A program made the translations under genes and the position numbers. A stretch of 64,000 nt of DNA, taken from Candidatus Hydrogenedentota bacterium (GTDB taxonomy: Bacteria > Hydrogenedentota > Hydrogenedentia > Hydrogenedentales > JAJRTN01). Positions 26,769-37,263 of the stretch are shown piece by piece. The notes beneath the pieces were generated by a model. It was not told the DNA's origin. It made no database searches and saw nothing but the letters and a program-made list of their open reading frames with translations. The first letter of the stretch is position 1; every line of letters begins with the position of its first letter. The stretch covers positions 508 to 64,507 of the forward strand of contig JAJRTN010000123.1 of NCBI GenBank assembly GCA_024278275.1. Direction: 5' to 3'.

Positions 26769-27034
26769 GGGGAATACCTGGCACCTTGTTTCAAGGCAAC
26801 GATTCAGGACTGTAATCGCTCATGAATTCCACGCGCCCCTGGAGGATGGGGCCCACAGGAACGGATACAGGGAAGATTCCTTTCTTATGCGGCACGGCCG
26901 CCCTCGGCTGCGCCACATAAGAGATGGTCCATCCCAAGGCACTTCAAAGGGGCCCGTAAACGGTTACTGAATAGTTAGATTTCAAGACCCGCCGGGATTC
27001 CGTTGCGCGGAACTTTGGCGGGCTTTCGTGTATC

Positions 27035-30000
27035 ATGAAGGCAGGGGGCAGGACTGCCTGCCACGTTGCCGAACCCGCTTGGGGCCGGACCCCTTACCAT
27101 GGAGGCCTTTCAGTCGTGTCCCGCCGTTTTCTCTCCCTGCTTTTACTGGCCATGTTGCTTCTCGTCATTATTGGGGTCGTGGCCCGGGGACAAGTCGAAG
27201 CGCCCCTTTCTCCGCAATCCGGCACGCCCGCCGCGCTTCGGCCCGTGGGCCTTTTCCCCTTGGACGGGGAGTGCTTTACGGGGCGCTTTATCGCCTACTT
27301 CGACGAGAACCTTGTGTGGGGCGCCGACGTGGCGGACAGGAATCCGATCATTGTCACCCCCGCGTTGCCGGGCACGTTCCAGGTGGACGGAAAGCACGTT
27401 TCATTCACCTGGCGGGGCGAGGGAAGGCTTGCGCGGGAACAGTATACCTTCCAATTATCGCCCCGGTTGCGGTCGGTTTCAGGCAAGGCCGTGGGCTCCA
27501 ACACGCCACGGTATACCTACTGGACACGGCTGTTGACGGTGCGGGACGTGGCATTTCTTCGCGAGGAAAAAGGGCAACGCATTTTTCGGGCATCCTTCAC
27601 GGCCGATGTTGCCCCGGAAAGCCTCGCCACCGTCCTGACCGTCCATGACGGCGCGAAGCTGCGCGTACCGGTCTCGATGCTCGATGAAGCTCCCGGACAG
27701 CATCAGCGTTTCAGCGTGTCCGTTTCGGCGGCCTATCCGCTTACCATCGCCATCGCGCCCGGCCTGTCGGGCGCTCGTGGCGCGGGGCCCCTGGCCAAGG
27801 GCTTCGAGACCTGCTTTCCCAAGCGTGGCGACTTGCGGGTCGAAAAAGCCACCTGGTCCGAGATCAATCCCGGGCAAGATCGCATCGAGATCCAGCTCAA
27901 TGAACCCGTGGCGCCCGTGGCGCTGAAGTCCCATTTGCATATGGCGCGTGTGGACACGGGGGAAGCGCTTACGTTCAAGACCGAGACCGGCGGTGTCACG
28001 AATCGGCATCGCTTCGTCCTCACGGCTTCGGGCACGCCGCCCGCGGCGCTCCGGCTGGTGATTGATCCCGGCCTGGTCGGCACCAAGGGACACCTGTTGA
28101 AGGAAGCCTGGCAGGAAACCTTGAAACCCCGGGGAAACACCTTCGGCATCCGCTATCACTACTGGACCGATCAGGGCGTGGACGGTCCCCGGCTGCGTCT
28201 CCAAACCGCCGTCGCCGTGCCCGCGGAGATGCTGGAGAAGCATCTCACGGTGTCACCAGCCGCCGGGAACCTGGAGGTGCGTGGCGAGGGTTATCGTGTC
28301 TACACGGTCGAAGGGGCCTGGCGGTCCGGGATGCACTACGAATTGACCGTGACCGCCGGGCTGAGCCGCGACGACGGGCGGGTTGTCCTGGAAAAGCCGC
28401 TCAAGGTCAAGCTGAAGAAGACTCCGAAGACCCGTGGTGCCCGGCTGGGCCATGACGGTAAGTTCTATTTTCCCCGCCGGGCCAGGGGACCCATGCCCCT
28501 GCGGGTTCGGAATATGGACGAAGTCACGGTGGAGGCCTACCAGTTGCTTCCGTCCACCATCGCTTTCGCGGTGGATGCTTTGCGGAACGACTATACCCAG
28601 CATGATTTCACCGACCGCTATGCCCGGAAGATCGGAAGCGAGACCGTGAAAATCACGGTAGGCACCGATGAAGAAACCACGGTACCGCTGGCGCTGGAGG
28701 ACCTGCTGCCGGGTGATGCGCGGGGTGTGTACGGGCTTCGGGTTTCCGGCGGGCGCTATCTCTCGACCAAGATCGTCTTGTGGACCGACCTGGGCGTGCT
28801 GGCCCACTGGCAGGCCGATTCCCTCCTGCTTTTTGTCCATAACCTGGACACCCTCGCGCCCGTGGCGGGCGCGAAGATCACCATCCGGTCGAGCAAGAAC
28901 CAGGTGCTGGGTGAAATCCACACGAACGCCGAAGGAATTGCACGGTTGGGGGCCTTCGACGAGACCCTGGGCACGCCCAAGGTCGCCGTGGTGGAGACGG
29001 ACGGCGACTACACCTTCCTGGAATTGACACCGCGCGGAGAGGATGTCACCGGGTTCACGGCGTCCATGCCACCCTACCTGGAGAAAGGCTACGACGGCTA
29101 TGTCTATTGCGACCGCAACCTCTATCGGCCCGGCGAGACCGTTCACGCCCGGTGGATCGTGCGCGATACCGCGGGGAAGGGCGCGGCGGGGATGCCCCTC
29201 GTCTTCCGCGTTACCAATCCCAAGGGGCGGGAGATTCACCGCGAAACGTTAGCGCTCACCGATTTTGGCACGGGGGGGGCGGACTTCGTCACCCGGCCCG
29301 ACCACCTCACCGGCGCCTATCGCCTGGCCCTTCGTCTTCCGGGCGAGAAAACAGATTTGGCGTGGGCGCAGGTCAACCTGGAGGAGTTCGTTCCCAACCG
29401 GCTTGCCGTGGAAGTGAAGGCGCCGGACGGGGCGCTGCCGGCCGGCGTGGAAGTCCCCGTCACCGTGCGGGCCACGAACCTGTCCGGGCCGCCCGCGGCG
29501 AACCGGAAATGCACGGCCCGGGTGATCCTCAGCAAAACGGACCATGCCTTTCCCCAATGGCCGGGCTATTACTTCGGCAACGAAGAAGATTTCACCCCCG
29601 CCGTGGTGCCCCTGGGGGAGGTCAAGACCGACGCGCAGGGCCTGGCCACCTTCACCTTCAAGCAAGGGCTGATCCCGAGCATGACCACGCCGCTCAAGGC
29701 GCGGATTCGGGCCGAGGTAACGGAGTTGGGCGGACGGTCGGTCAGTTCGAGCATGGAGCGTACCTTCTTCCCGGCGGACATACTCCCGGGCCTGGCGGTT
29801 GACACGGACGACGAGGCGCGAACGCTGGACCTCTCGGTGGCCGCCGTAACGCCCGAGGGGAAACCCGCCGGCCTGCCGTCGCTCCAGGTCGTTTTGGAAC
29901 GGCGCACCTGGCGCTACTACCTGCGCCGTGTCAACGGCCAGGATCAGCCCGGCTGGAACATGTCCTTCGAGGTGGTAAGCACCATGGAGGTTCCCCTGGA

Positions 30001-32800
30001 GAAGGGCGTGGGCCACACGCGGGTGGATATGGCGAACCGTTATGGTTACTACCGCGTTCGTGTTTTTTCCGACGCCACGCCCATGGTGACAACGCGCACC
30101 TTTTACGCGGGCTGGCGAAGCATCCGCCTGGAGAAGGAAGGGCGGCCGAGCCTGGTGAAGCTCACCCTGGACAAGCCCGCCTACACGGTGGGCGACGAGG
30201 TGTGCCTGCGGGTGGAATCGCCCTTTGACGGCGTGGCCCTGGTGGTGTTGCAGGGGAGCGGCCTCGGCAAGACCTTTCGTGTGCCCGTCAGGGAAGGCGT
30301 GGGCGAGGCGCGGTTCTTCGTGGATCGCGCCGCCTGCCCCAATCTCTGGGCCGAGGTGACGGCGATTCATGGCGCGGACGCCGATGGCGTGGAGACCCAT
30401 CCCTACGCCAGCTTCGCCATGGTGAACATCCCCGTCCACGATCCCGAGCGGGTACTGGACGTGGCGTTATCCGGCGTGCCCGGCGAAACACGGCCCGGCA
30501 CGACGGTGGAAATCCAGGTGGCCACCCACGGGCATGACGGATCGCCCGTGGCGGCGGAAGTCACGCTGGCCGCGGTGGACGAGGGCATTCACGCCATTCT
30601 GGACTACGCCAACCCGGACCCGACGGCCTGGTTCGCACGTTCACGCCGGGCCGATTACCGGCGCGCTCACTATTATGACAAGGTGGCCTACGACTTCAAG
30701 GCGTCCCCCATTGGCGGCGGCATGTTGGCCAAACGCCTGGGCAAGGACACGCCCGACGTGGGCGAAAACTGGATCAAGCCCGTGGCCCTGTGGTCGGGCG
30801 TGGCGCGGACCGACAAGAACGGCGTGGCCACAGTGCGCTTCACCCTGCCCGAGTTCAACGGCAAGCTGCGGCTGGTGGCCGTGGCGGCGAACGGCCACGC
30901 CACCGGCGCGACCCACGACACCTTTCTCGTGCGTCGGCCCTTTATCCTGCGCACGAGCCTGCCCCGTTTCGCCCTCCCCGGCGACCGCTTTACCTGCCGC
31001 GCACTCGTGTTCAATACCACGGACGTACCGCGTCAAGTACGTTTTGCGTGGTCGGCGGATGGCACCCTGGGCACGCAGGCCGGCGAACGCGCGTTGACGG
31101 TCCCGGCCAAGGGCGAAGTTTCCACCACCGCCGACTTTACCGCGTTGGACGCCGTGGGACAGGGGACGATTCATTGGCGCGCCGATGTGCTGGATGAAGC
31201 GGGCGCCGTGCTGGAGGCCCTGCGCGAGGACGCGCCCCTGCCCGTGCGCGAACCAGCGGGCTACCAGACGGAGCATACCTTGACCGTTCTGGATCCGGGC
31301 GAGGACCGCACCTTCGGCAACCTCTGGTTCAAGGATGACGCGCGGGTGGATGCGCGTATCACCGTGGGGGGAGCGCCCTTCCTGCGACTGCGCCAAGCGC
31401 TGATGCGGGTCGTGGGCTACCCCTATGGCTGCGTCGAACAGACCACCTCGCGGTGCCTTCCCATGTACCTTTTGCGCAAGAGCGGGCGGCTGGTTCACGA
31501 CGTGCTTCCCGAGGGCGATACCCTGGACCACTACCTTGCGGCGGGGATCGACCGGCTCTTCACCATGCAGACCGGTGGCGGCGGGTTGGCCTTCTGGCCG
31601 GGCGGGACGGATGCCTACCCCTATGGCTCGGTCTATGCCTGTCACTTCCTGACGCTGGTGCATCGGGACCGGGCGCTGCCGGTGCCGGAAGCACCTTTCA
31701 AGCGGTTGCAGGACTACCTGCGGCGGCTCATGAACGACAGTGTCGACAACTCACCGTCGGGGCTTTACCTGCGGGCCTACGCCCTGTACGTGTTGGCCCT
31801 GGATGGCGACCTGGAGGCCCTGGAATCCATCGAACGCTTTGACGACCTGCTCATGCCGAAGCCGGGGCGCTACCTGCTCGCGGCCGCGCTGGCCATCAAT
31901 ACAAAGGACGTGGCGCGGGTCCGGGCCTACTTGGCGGAACGGCCCTCGCAACCTTTCCAGGAACGCCATACCCGGGGCGTGCTGAACTCCGATAGCCGGG
32001 CGGCGGCGGTCGAGTTGCTGGCCCTGGTGGAGATGGGCGCCTCGCCGGAGGACTGCCGGGACCAGGTGCGGACGCTTGAGGCCTTTTTGACCGATGCCGG
32101 TAACAAGAGACGGCACACCACCCAGGAGATGGCCTTTGCCACCACGGCCTTCGGCGCCTACCTGAATAGTCTGCCTTCCGGGACGGGCCGTGTGGGCGGA
32201 GTGCTGGTAACGCCCGAGGGCGAGCAAACCATCACCGGCGACGAGCTCGTTTCGGGCGAACACCACGGCCCGGGTACGGCCTTCACCGTGCGGAACACGG
32301 GCGAGACCGCGCTCTACGTGAACCTCAGCGTTTCGGGCATCCCCCTCAACCCGGTGACGGGTGCGTTGAACGAGGGTATCGGCATCAGCCGTTCCTATAT
32401 TGGACCGGGCGGCGCGGTAAACGACTCCGACGGTTTCGTGCAGGGCGAGACCTACCTGGTGGACCTGGCGCTTCGGGTGAGCCGTAACGCGGATCATGTC
32501 GTCGTGGCGGACCTCTTGCCGCCGGGCTTCGAGATTGAGAATCCCCGGCTCAATGCCGATGCTTTGGCGGGCTATAACCTCAAGGACTCCGTCGTGCCGT
32601 CGCACCTGGAAGTGCGCGATGACCGCCTGGTGGCGGCCTTCAACCGGCTGGCACGCGGTACGCATCACCTCTACTACCTGGTCCGGGCCGTGACCCCCGG
32701 TACCTTCCAGCACCCGGCGGCGACGGCGGAATGTATGTACGCGCCCGAGGTTCACGGACGTTCGTCCTCCGGAAGGATTACCATCGCGGGGGTGGAGTAA
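27035..32800 (+). CDS. bacterial alpha-2-macroglobulin family protein with intact thioester motif
   Basis: 1921 aa with an N-terminal membrane/signal segment and MG-domain repeats. The thioester site GYPYGCVEQTTSRC (CxEQ) is at about nt 31420, followed by a terpenoid-cyclase-like TED region. An alternative GTG start at 27116 has a GGAGG 10 nt upstream. Confidence 0.9.
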   Translation: MKAGGRTACHVAEPAWGRTPYHGGLSVVSRRFLSLLLLAMLLLVIIGVVARGQVEAPLSPQSGTPAALRPVGLFPLDGECFTGRFIAYFDENLVWGADVADRNPIIVTPALPGTFQVDGKHVSFTWRGEGRLAREQYTFQLSPRLRSVSGKAVGSNTPRYTYWTRLLTVRDVAFLREEKGQRIFRASFTADVAPESLATVLTVHDGAKLRVPVSMLDEAPGQHQRFSVSVSAAYPLTIAIAPGLSGARGAGPLAKGFETCFPKRGDLRVEKATWSEINPGQDRIEIQLNEPVAPVALKSHLHMARVDTGEALTFKTETGGVTNRHRFVLTASGTPPAALRLVIDPGLVGTKGHLLKEAWQETLKPRGNTFGIRYHYWTDQGVDGPRLRLQTAVAVPAEMLEKHLTVSPAAGNLEVRGEGYRVYTVEGAWRSGMHYELTVTAGLSRDDGRVVLEKPLKVKLKKTPKTRGARLGHDGKFYFPRRARGPMPLRVRNMDEVTVEAYQLLPSTIAFAVDALRNDYTQHDFTDRYARKIGSETVKITVGTDEETTVPLALEDLLPGDARGVYGLRVSGGRYLSTKIVLWTDLGVLAHWQADSLLLFVHNLDTLAPVAGAKITIRSSKNQVLGEIHTNAEGIARLGAFDETLGTPKVAVVETDGDYTFLELTPRGEDVTGFTASMPPYLEKGYDGYVYCDRNLYRPGETVHARWIVRDTAGKGAAGMPLVFRVTNPKGREIHRETLALTDFGTGGADFVTRPDHLTGAYRLALRLPGEKTDLAWAQVNLEEFVPNRLAVEVKAPDGALPAGVEVPVTVRATNLSGPPAANRKCTARVILSKTDHAFPQWPGYYFGNEEDFTPAVVPLGEVKTDAQGLATFTFKQGLIPSMTTPLKARIRAEVTELGGRSVSSSMERTFFPADILPGLAVDTDDEARTLDLSVAAVTPEGKPAGLPSLQVVLERRTWRYYLRRVNGQDQPGWNMSFEVVSTMEVPLEKGVGHTRVDMANRYGYYRVRVFSDATPMVTTRTFYAGWRSIRLEKEGRPSLVKLTLDKPAYTVGDEVCLRVESPFDGVALVVLQGSGLGKTFRVPVREGVGEARFFVDRAACPNLWAEVTAIHGADADGVETHPYASFAMVNIPVHDPERVLDVALSGVPGETRPGTTVEIQVATHGHDGSPVAAEVTLAAVDEGIHAILDYANPDPTAWFARSRRADYRRAHYYDKVAYDFKASPIGGGMLAKRLGKDTPDVGENWIKPVALWSGVARTDKNGVATVRFTLPEFNGKLRLVAVAANGHATGATHDTFLVRRPFILRTSLPRFALPGDRFTCRALVFNTTDVPRQVRFAWSADGTLGTQAGERALTVPAKGEVSTTADFTALDAVGQGTIHWRADVLDEAGAVLEALREDAPLPVREPAGYQTEHTLTVLDPGEDRTFGNLWFKDDARVDARITVGGAPFLRLRQALMRVVGYPYGCVEQTTSRCLPMYLLRKSGRLVHDVLPEGDTLDHYLAAGIDRLFTMQTGGGGLAFWPGGTDAYPYGSVYACHFLTLVHRDRALPVPEAPFKRLQDYLRRLMNDSVDNSPSGLYLRAYALYVLALDGDLEALESIERFDDLLMPKPGRYLLAAALAINTKDVARVRAYLAERPSQPFQERHTRGVLNSDSRAAAVELLALVEMGASPEDCRDQVRTLEAFLTDAGNKRRHTTQEMAFATTAFGAYLNSLPSGTGRVGGVLVTPEGEQTITGDELVSGEHHGPGTAFTVRNTGETALYVNLSVSGIPLNPVTGALNEGIGISRSYIGPGGAVNDSDGFVQGETYLVDLALRVSRNADHVVVADLLPPGFEIENPRLNADALAGYNLKDSVVPSHLEVRDDRLVAAFNRLARGTHHLYYLVRAVTPGTFQHPAATAECMYAPEVHGRSSSGRITIAGVE

Positions 32801-32805
32801 GCCCC

Positions 32806-32972
32806 AATGTTGCATAAAAGTACCCGCCAGTTGTTGGTGTCCCCAAGAACCGTCATCCCCGCGAATGCGGGGCTCCATGGGGTGACGGCATGACCTCGCC
32901 CCTTTTCATGGATTCCCGCGTTCGCGGGAATGACGGTCGGGGGGCGTGAACGGTTACAGTTTATGCAACAAG
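32806..32972. mobile_element. MITE-like composite element filling the A2M-pbpC spacer (11-nt terminal inverted repeats around a family A unit)
   Basis: tgttgcataaa (32808-32818) and its exact reverse complement tttatgcaaca (32960-32970) flank the inverted-arm unit at 32852-32935. The left part is shared with 9516-9564. Confidence 0.7.
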
Positions 32973-32981
32973 AGAGTCAGG

Positions 32982-35396
32982 ATGAACGATCCCCGTAGGG
33001 TGGGCCTCGGCCCACCAGGCCCTAACCTTGAAGACAAGACAGCGCCCTCCCGGAGCGAAGCCGATGGTGGGCCAGGGCCCCGTGGGCCGCGTACCCGGCC
33101 CGGAATCCCCATCCTGCGCGCCGTCACCTGGAGCACGGTATTCGCCGTGGTGGCCCTCGCCGGCTATATCCTCGCGCCCATGGATACGTCCCCCTATCTC
33201 ACGGCCCACGCCTCCGTGGAAATGCTGGACCGGGACGGGAAGGCGCTGTATGCCTTTCTGAACGACGCGGAACAATGGTGTTTCCCGCGGTTCTACGACG
33301 GCTTCAGCCCCAAGCTGATTCGGGCCACGGTAGCCGTGGAAGACCGGCGCTTCTGGAGCCATCCCGGCGTGGATCCCGTGGCCGTCTTGCGGGCGGCGTG
33401 GGGGAACCTCACCCACCGGGGACCCTTTTCCGGGGCCTCCACGATCACCATGCAGGTGGTGAAACTGACCGACCCCACGCCGCGTACTTTCTGGGGAAAG
33501 GTGCGACAAATGGGCACGGCCCTTCGCCTGGATTGGCACGCGGAGAAGAAGGACATCCTGCGCGCCTACCTCAACCACGCCCCCTACGGGCTTAACCTGG
33601 TGGGTGCCGAGGCCGCGTCACGGCGGTACTTCGGCAAACCCGCGTCAGAGTTGAACGTGACCGAGGCGGCCCTGCTGGCGGGTCTTCCGAGGGCGCCCGG
33701 CGCATTGCAGCCCTTGCGTCACGCGGAAGCGGCCACGGCGCGGCGGAATCATGTGCTGGCTCGGATGAACGCGGCGGGTTATCTGGACGAAGAGGAACGG
33801 GCCGCCGCGGCGGGCAAAGCACTTGGCGCGGCGTGGCATGCGTTCCCCCGGCACGCGCCCCACCTGGCGATGCGGCTGAGGGGGGAGGGTGGTGTTCCAG
33901 CATGTTCGCGTGGACCCAACATCCGGACCACCCTGGATGGCACGCTGCAGGCGCGAGTCGAGGCGTTGCTTCCCCGATACCTGAAACGTTTCGACGGCGA
34001 GGTGACCAACGGGGCGATCATGGTGGCGCGGGTGCCCACCGCCGAAGTGCTCGTCCGCGTCGGGTCGGCGGACTTCCTTCACACGCCCGGCGGCGGCCAG
34101 GTGGATTTGTGCCGCGCGTCGCGGTCGCCGGGCTCGACGTTGAAGCCCTTCACCTATGGCCTCGCCATGGAGCGGCAACGGCTTTACCCGACGGAACAGT
34201 TTCTCGACGGCACGCTGGATTACGGGGGCTACCGTCCGGGTAATTTCGATGGAAAGTTCAACGGCCTGGTGTCCGCCACCGAGGCCCTGCGCTACTCGCT
34301 GAACGTGCCCGCCGTGACGGTTCTCGACCGCGTTGGCGCGCAAGCCCTGGAAGCGTTTCTAAAAGACGGCGGGCTGAGCACGCTGACGGAATCCGCGGAA
34401 CACTATGGCCTCGGCCTTACGCTCGGGAGTTGCGAGGTCCACCTCGACGAAATGATGGCGGCCTACTGTGCCCTGGCGAACCTGGGCGAATACCGGCCCT
34501 TGCGCGAGCTTTCGGGAGAAGCGGCCGGCCCGGCCGGAACCTGGTTCTCGCGGGGCACGGCGCTCGCGCTGTACGCCATGCTCGAACAGCCTTTCCCCGA
34601 TGAGATTGAAAGCGGCCTGACCCGTGCTCGCGGCGCCCCAAGGCGCGTGGCCTGGAAGACCGGTACCTCCACGGGCCTGCACGATGCGTGGTCTTTCGTC
34701 TTCAACCGGCAGCACCTGGTGGGCGTGTGGCTGGGGAACAATGACGGGCGATCTTCAACGCGGCTGGTGGGCGCGACGGCCGCCCTGCCGCTCGCCGCTC
34801 GAATCTTTCGGATGCTGGAACCCGGCGCGGGGCCCGACTGGCCCGTGCCGGGGGACGCCCTCCGGGAGGTGACTGTCTGTGCCGTGAGCGGCCTGCCCGC
34901 CCGTGACGGTTGCACACGGGTGAAGACGGTCCTGCTCCCGCGCCGTCAATACCTGCATCGCCGTTGCGGCGTGCATGGCGCGGACGGCATCGAGCGCTGG
35001 CCGGGCACCGCGCGTGCGTGGGACCTGGCCGACGTGAAGGCTCCCGTGGTGGTTGCCCCGCCTTTCGCGGACGGGGAGCGGGCCGTGGCGCTCAAGATCC
35101 TTGCCCCGCCCGACGGCGCGGAGTACGTCATGACCGGGATGGACGAAGGCGACCGTATCCTGGCGAAGGCATCGCTCGACGGCGACCTGCCGTTGCACTG
35201 GTTCCTGGACAGCGCCTATCTCGGGGTCAATCCGCCGAAGGCCGCGCAATGGATCGATCTCACGCCGGGGGCGCATCGCCTGGTATGTCTCGCCGCCTCG
35301 GGCGAGACGGATGTGGTGGGCTTCAACGTGGTGGGGCGGGGTGGGGCGGACAAACACGGACGGGCACGGACCGGCACGGACGGCGTGGAGCGGTAA
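32982..35396 (+). CDS. pbpC: penicillin-binding protein 1C (transglycosylase/transpeptidase)
   Basis: TM anchor VTWSTVFAVVALAGYIL. GT51 motifs RATVAVEDRRFWSHPGVDP and GASTITMQVVK. Transpeptidase motif SPGSTLKP (SxxK). C-terminal PBP1C-type domain. The start is uncertain. The track start at 32946 lies inside the MITE, and the ATG at 32982 is the first ATG outside it. Confidence 0.85.
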   Translation: MNDPRRVGLGPPGPNLEDKTAPSRSEADGGPGPRGPRTRPGIPILRAVTWSTVFAVVALAGYILAPMDTSPYLTAHASVEMLDRDGKALYAFLNDAEQWCFPRFYDGFSPKLIRATVAVEDRRFWSHPGVDPVAVLRAAWGNLTHRGPFSGASTITMQVVKLTDPTPRTFWGKVRQMGTALRLDWHAEKKDILRAYLNHAPYGLNLVGAEAASRRYFGKPASELNVTEAALLAGLPRAPGALQPLRHAEAATARRNHVLARMNAAGYLDEEERAAAAGKALGAAWHAFPRHAPHLAMRLRGEGGVPACSRGPNIRTTLDGTLQARVEALLPRYLKRFDGEVTNGAIMVARVPTAEVLVRVGSADFLHTPGGGQVDLCRASRSPGSTLKPFTYGLAMERQRLYPTEQFLDGTLDYGGYRPGNFDGKFNGLVSATEALRYSLNVPAVTVLDRVGAQALEAFLKDGGLSTLTESAEHYGLGLTLGSCEVHLDEMMAAYCALANLGEYRPLRELSGEAAGPAGTWFSRGTALALYAMLEQPFPDEIESGLTRARGAPRRVAWKTGTSTGLHDAWSFVFNRQHLVGVWLGNNDGRSSTRLVGATAALPLAARIFRMLEPGAGPDWPVPGDALREVTVCAVSGLPARDGCTRVKTVLLPRRQYLHRRCGVHGADGIERWPGTARAWDLADVKAPVVVAPPFADGERAVALKILAPPDGAEYVMTGMDEGDRILAKASLDGDLPLHWFLDSAYLGVNPPKAAQWIDLTPGAHRLVCLAASGETDVVGFNVVGRGGADKHGRARTGTDGVER

Positions 35397-35412
35397 CCCC
35401 CCCTTTTTTCCT

Positions 35413-36306
35413 TTACGCCCCGATGGCCCGTGCGGAGGCGAATTGCCGCGCGCGCACGACCAGGACGGTCAGGCCGAGAAACACGGCGCTGATCAACAGC
35501 AATGTGATGCACGCCTTTGCCGCGCCCACGGCGTAGACCTCGCGCGTGAACTCGAGGAGGGCGTCCCGGGCCGCCGGGGAGGTTTGCATGCCGCGCTCCG
35601 AGGCCAGCGCGGGAAGCATGGCATCGGTGTACTTCTGGATGGTGAAGAAATCGATCACGCCGGGCACTTTCATGGCGAGTTGTTGCCAGCCATAGAGCAC
35701 GAGGACGCCGAAGATGATGGGGCGCTTCGTCAAGGCGCCCAGGAAGACGGCCACGGCGCCGTTCCCCAGGAGGGCCAGCACCGCGACGGCACTGTATTGT
35801 GCGAGGATGCCGAGGTTCGTGGCGCTCACGCCGAAGCGGGCCAGGCTGGTGCTGGAGGCGAAAGTAAGCCCGATGGAAAGCAGCAGGATAGTGCCGGTGA
35901 CGGTCAGGTAGGCCCCGAAGCGTCCCAGCACCCAGGCCGAACGGGGAATGGGACGGGTGAGAACATAGGGGATGTTTCGCGCCTCGATATCCTCGCCGAT
36001 GAGCATGCTGCCGAAAAAGAGGGCCAGCAGTGGCGCAAGCATGGTGATATGGGCGTGCTCGACCAACATGCGGAACTGCACGGCCCCTTCCTGGGCGAAG
36101 CGGTCGCGGGAGAGGAAGGCCGTGGCCAGAGGGATGAGCACGGGCAGCAGACAGATCACCGCCGCCATGACGACGCGCATGCGCCGGACCATCATCACCG
36201 TGGCGTGGCCGTAGGCGGCGCGGAAGTAGTTGAAATAGCCCGCCCGTTCCGGCGGCGCGGGCGGCAACAGGACGGCGTGCGGGGCCGCGATGGGTTCTTC
36301 AGTCAT
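35413..36306 (-). CDS. ABC-2 type transporter permease
   Basis: 297 aa, about 6 TM segments, immediately downstream of an ABC ATPase gene. Confidence 0.65.
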   Translation of the reverse strand: MTEEPIAAPHAVLLPPAPPERAGYFNYFRAAYGHATVMMVRRMRVVMAAVICLLPVLIPLATAFLSRDRFAQEGAVQFRMLVEHAHITMLAPLLALFFGSMLIGEDIEARNIPYVLTRPIPRSAWVLGRFGAYLTVTGTILLLSIGLTFASSTSLARFGVSATNLGILAQYSAVAVLALLGNGAVAVFLGALTKRPIIFGVLVLYGWQQLAMKVPGVIDFFTIQKYTDAMLPALASERGMQTSPAARDALLEFTREVYAVGAAKACITLLLISAVFLGLTVLVVRARQFASARAIGA

Positions 36307-36315
36307 GGCGTTTTC

Positions 36316-37263
36316 CTATTTCTCCACCAGGTAGGCGAAGACCGATTGCAAATCGTCGTCGGCGCAGCGGATACTCTTGATGGCCGGGCCATTGTTTTCA
36401 AGCACCATGTCGTTCAGCTTCTCGTAGCAGGCGGCCGGGTCGCGGGTGCGGATGGTGAGTTTTCCTTCCTCGAACTCGACGCTCATGGCGCCGGGGTGAA
36501 GCAACTGAAGCGACAAAGCACGCGGATCCGGGGTCTCGACGGTGATGGTGTGGGGGTGCTCGTCGATAAGATCGCGTATCTCGTGGATGCGGCCCCGGGC
36601 AAGGATACTGCCGTTGTACATGAGCACCACGTTGTCGGTGACGCGCTCGATTTCGTAAAGAATGTGGCTCGACACGATCACGCTGTAGCCTTCGTCGCCC
36701 AGGCGGCCGATGAGGGCGAAGATCTCCTCGCGGCCCCGGGGATCGAGGCCCGCCATGGGTTCGTCGAGGAAAAGCAGTTCCGCCCGGCTGCCGAGGCACT
36801 GGGCCAGTTTGATGCGCTGGCGCATCCCCTTGGAGTACTCGTCGATGGGATCGTGCATACGGTCCGCCATGCGTACCAGTTCGCAGGCGGACTCCGTCGC
36901 GGCCCGCGCGTCCTTCTTGCCCATGCCCCAGTAGCGGTTGAGCCAGTAGACGTATTCAAAGCCGGTCATGTTGTCGTAGAAGTGGTCCGTCTCCGGACAA
37001 TAGGCGATGCGCCGCAACACGTCCAGGTTGTTCCGGGGTGCCCCGCCCAAAACCCGCAGCGTGCCCCGGCTGGGCCGGTAGAGACCGAGGGCCAGCTTGA
37101 TAAAGGTGCTCTTGCCCGCGCCGTTGGGGCCGAGGAGTCCGGTGACGCCCCGCCCGATGGTGAAACTCAGGTCGTTCACGGCGATGACCTCGCCAAACCA
37201 CTTGGAGAGACCCCGTACCTCCACAACGGGCGCGTCCCGTGTGACATCAGGTGTGTCGTTCAT
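36316..37263 (-). CDS. ABC transporter ATP-binding protein
   Basis: Walker A GPNGAGKST, signature YSKGMRQR, Walker B LLFLDEP. Its start overlaps the upstream stop (ATGA at 37260-37263). Confidence 0.9.
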   Translation of the reverse strand: MNDTPDVTRDAPVVEVRGLSKWFGEVIAVNDLSFTIGRGVTGLLGPNGAGKSTFIKLALGLYRPSRGTLRVLGGAPRNNLDVLRRIAYCPETDHFYDNMTGFEYVYWLNRYWGMGKKDARAATESACELVRMADRMHDPIDEYSKGMRQRIKLAQCLGSRAELLFLDEPMAGLDPRGREEIFALIGRLGDEGYSVIVSSHILYEIERVTDNVVLMYNGSILARGRIHEIRDLIDEHPHTITVETPDPRALSLQLLHPGAMSVEFEEGKLTIRTRDPAACYEKLNDMVLENNGPAIKSIRCADDDLQSVFAYLVEK

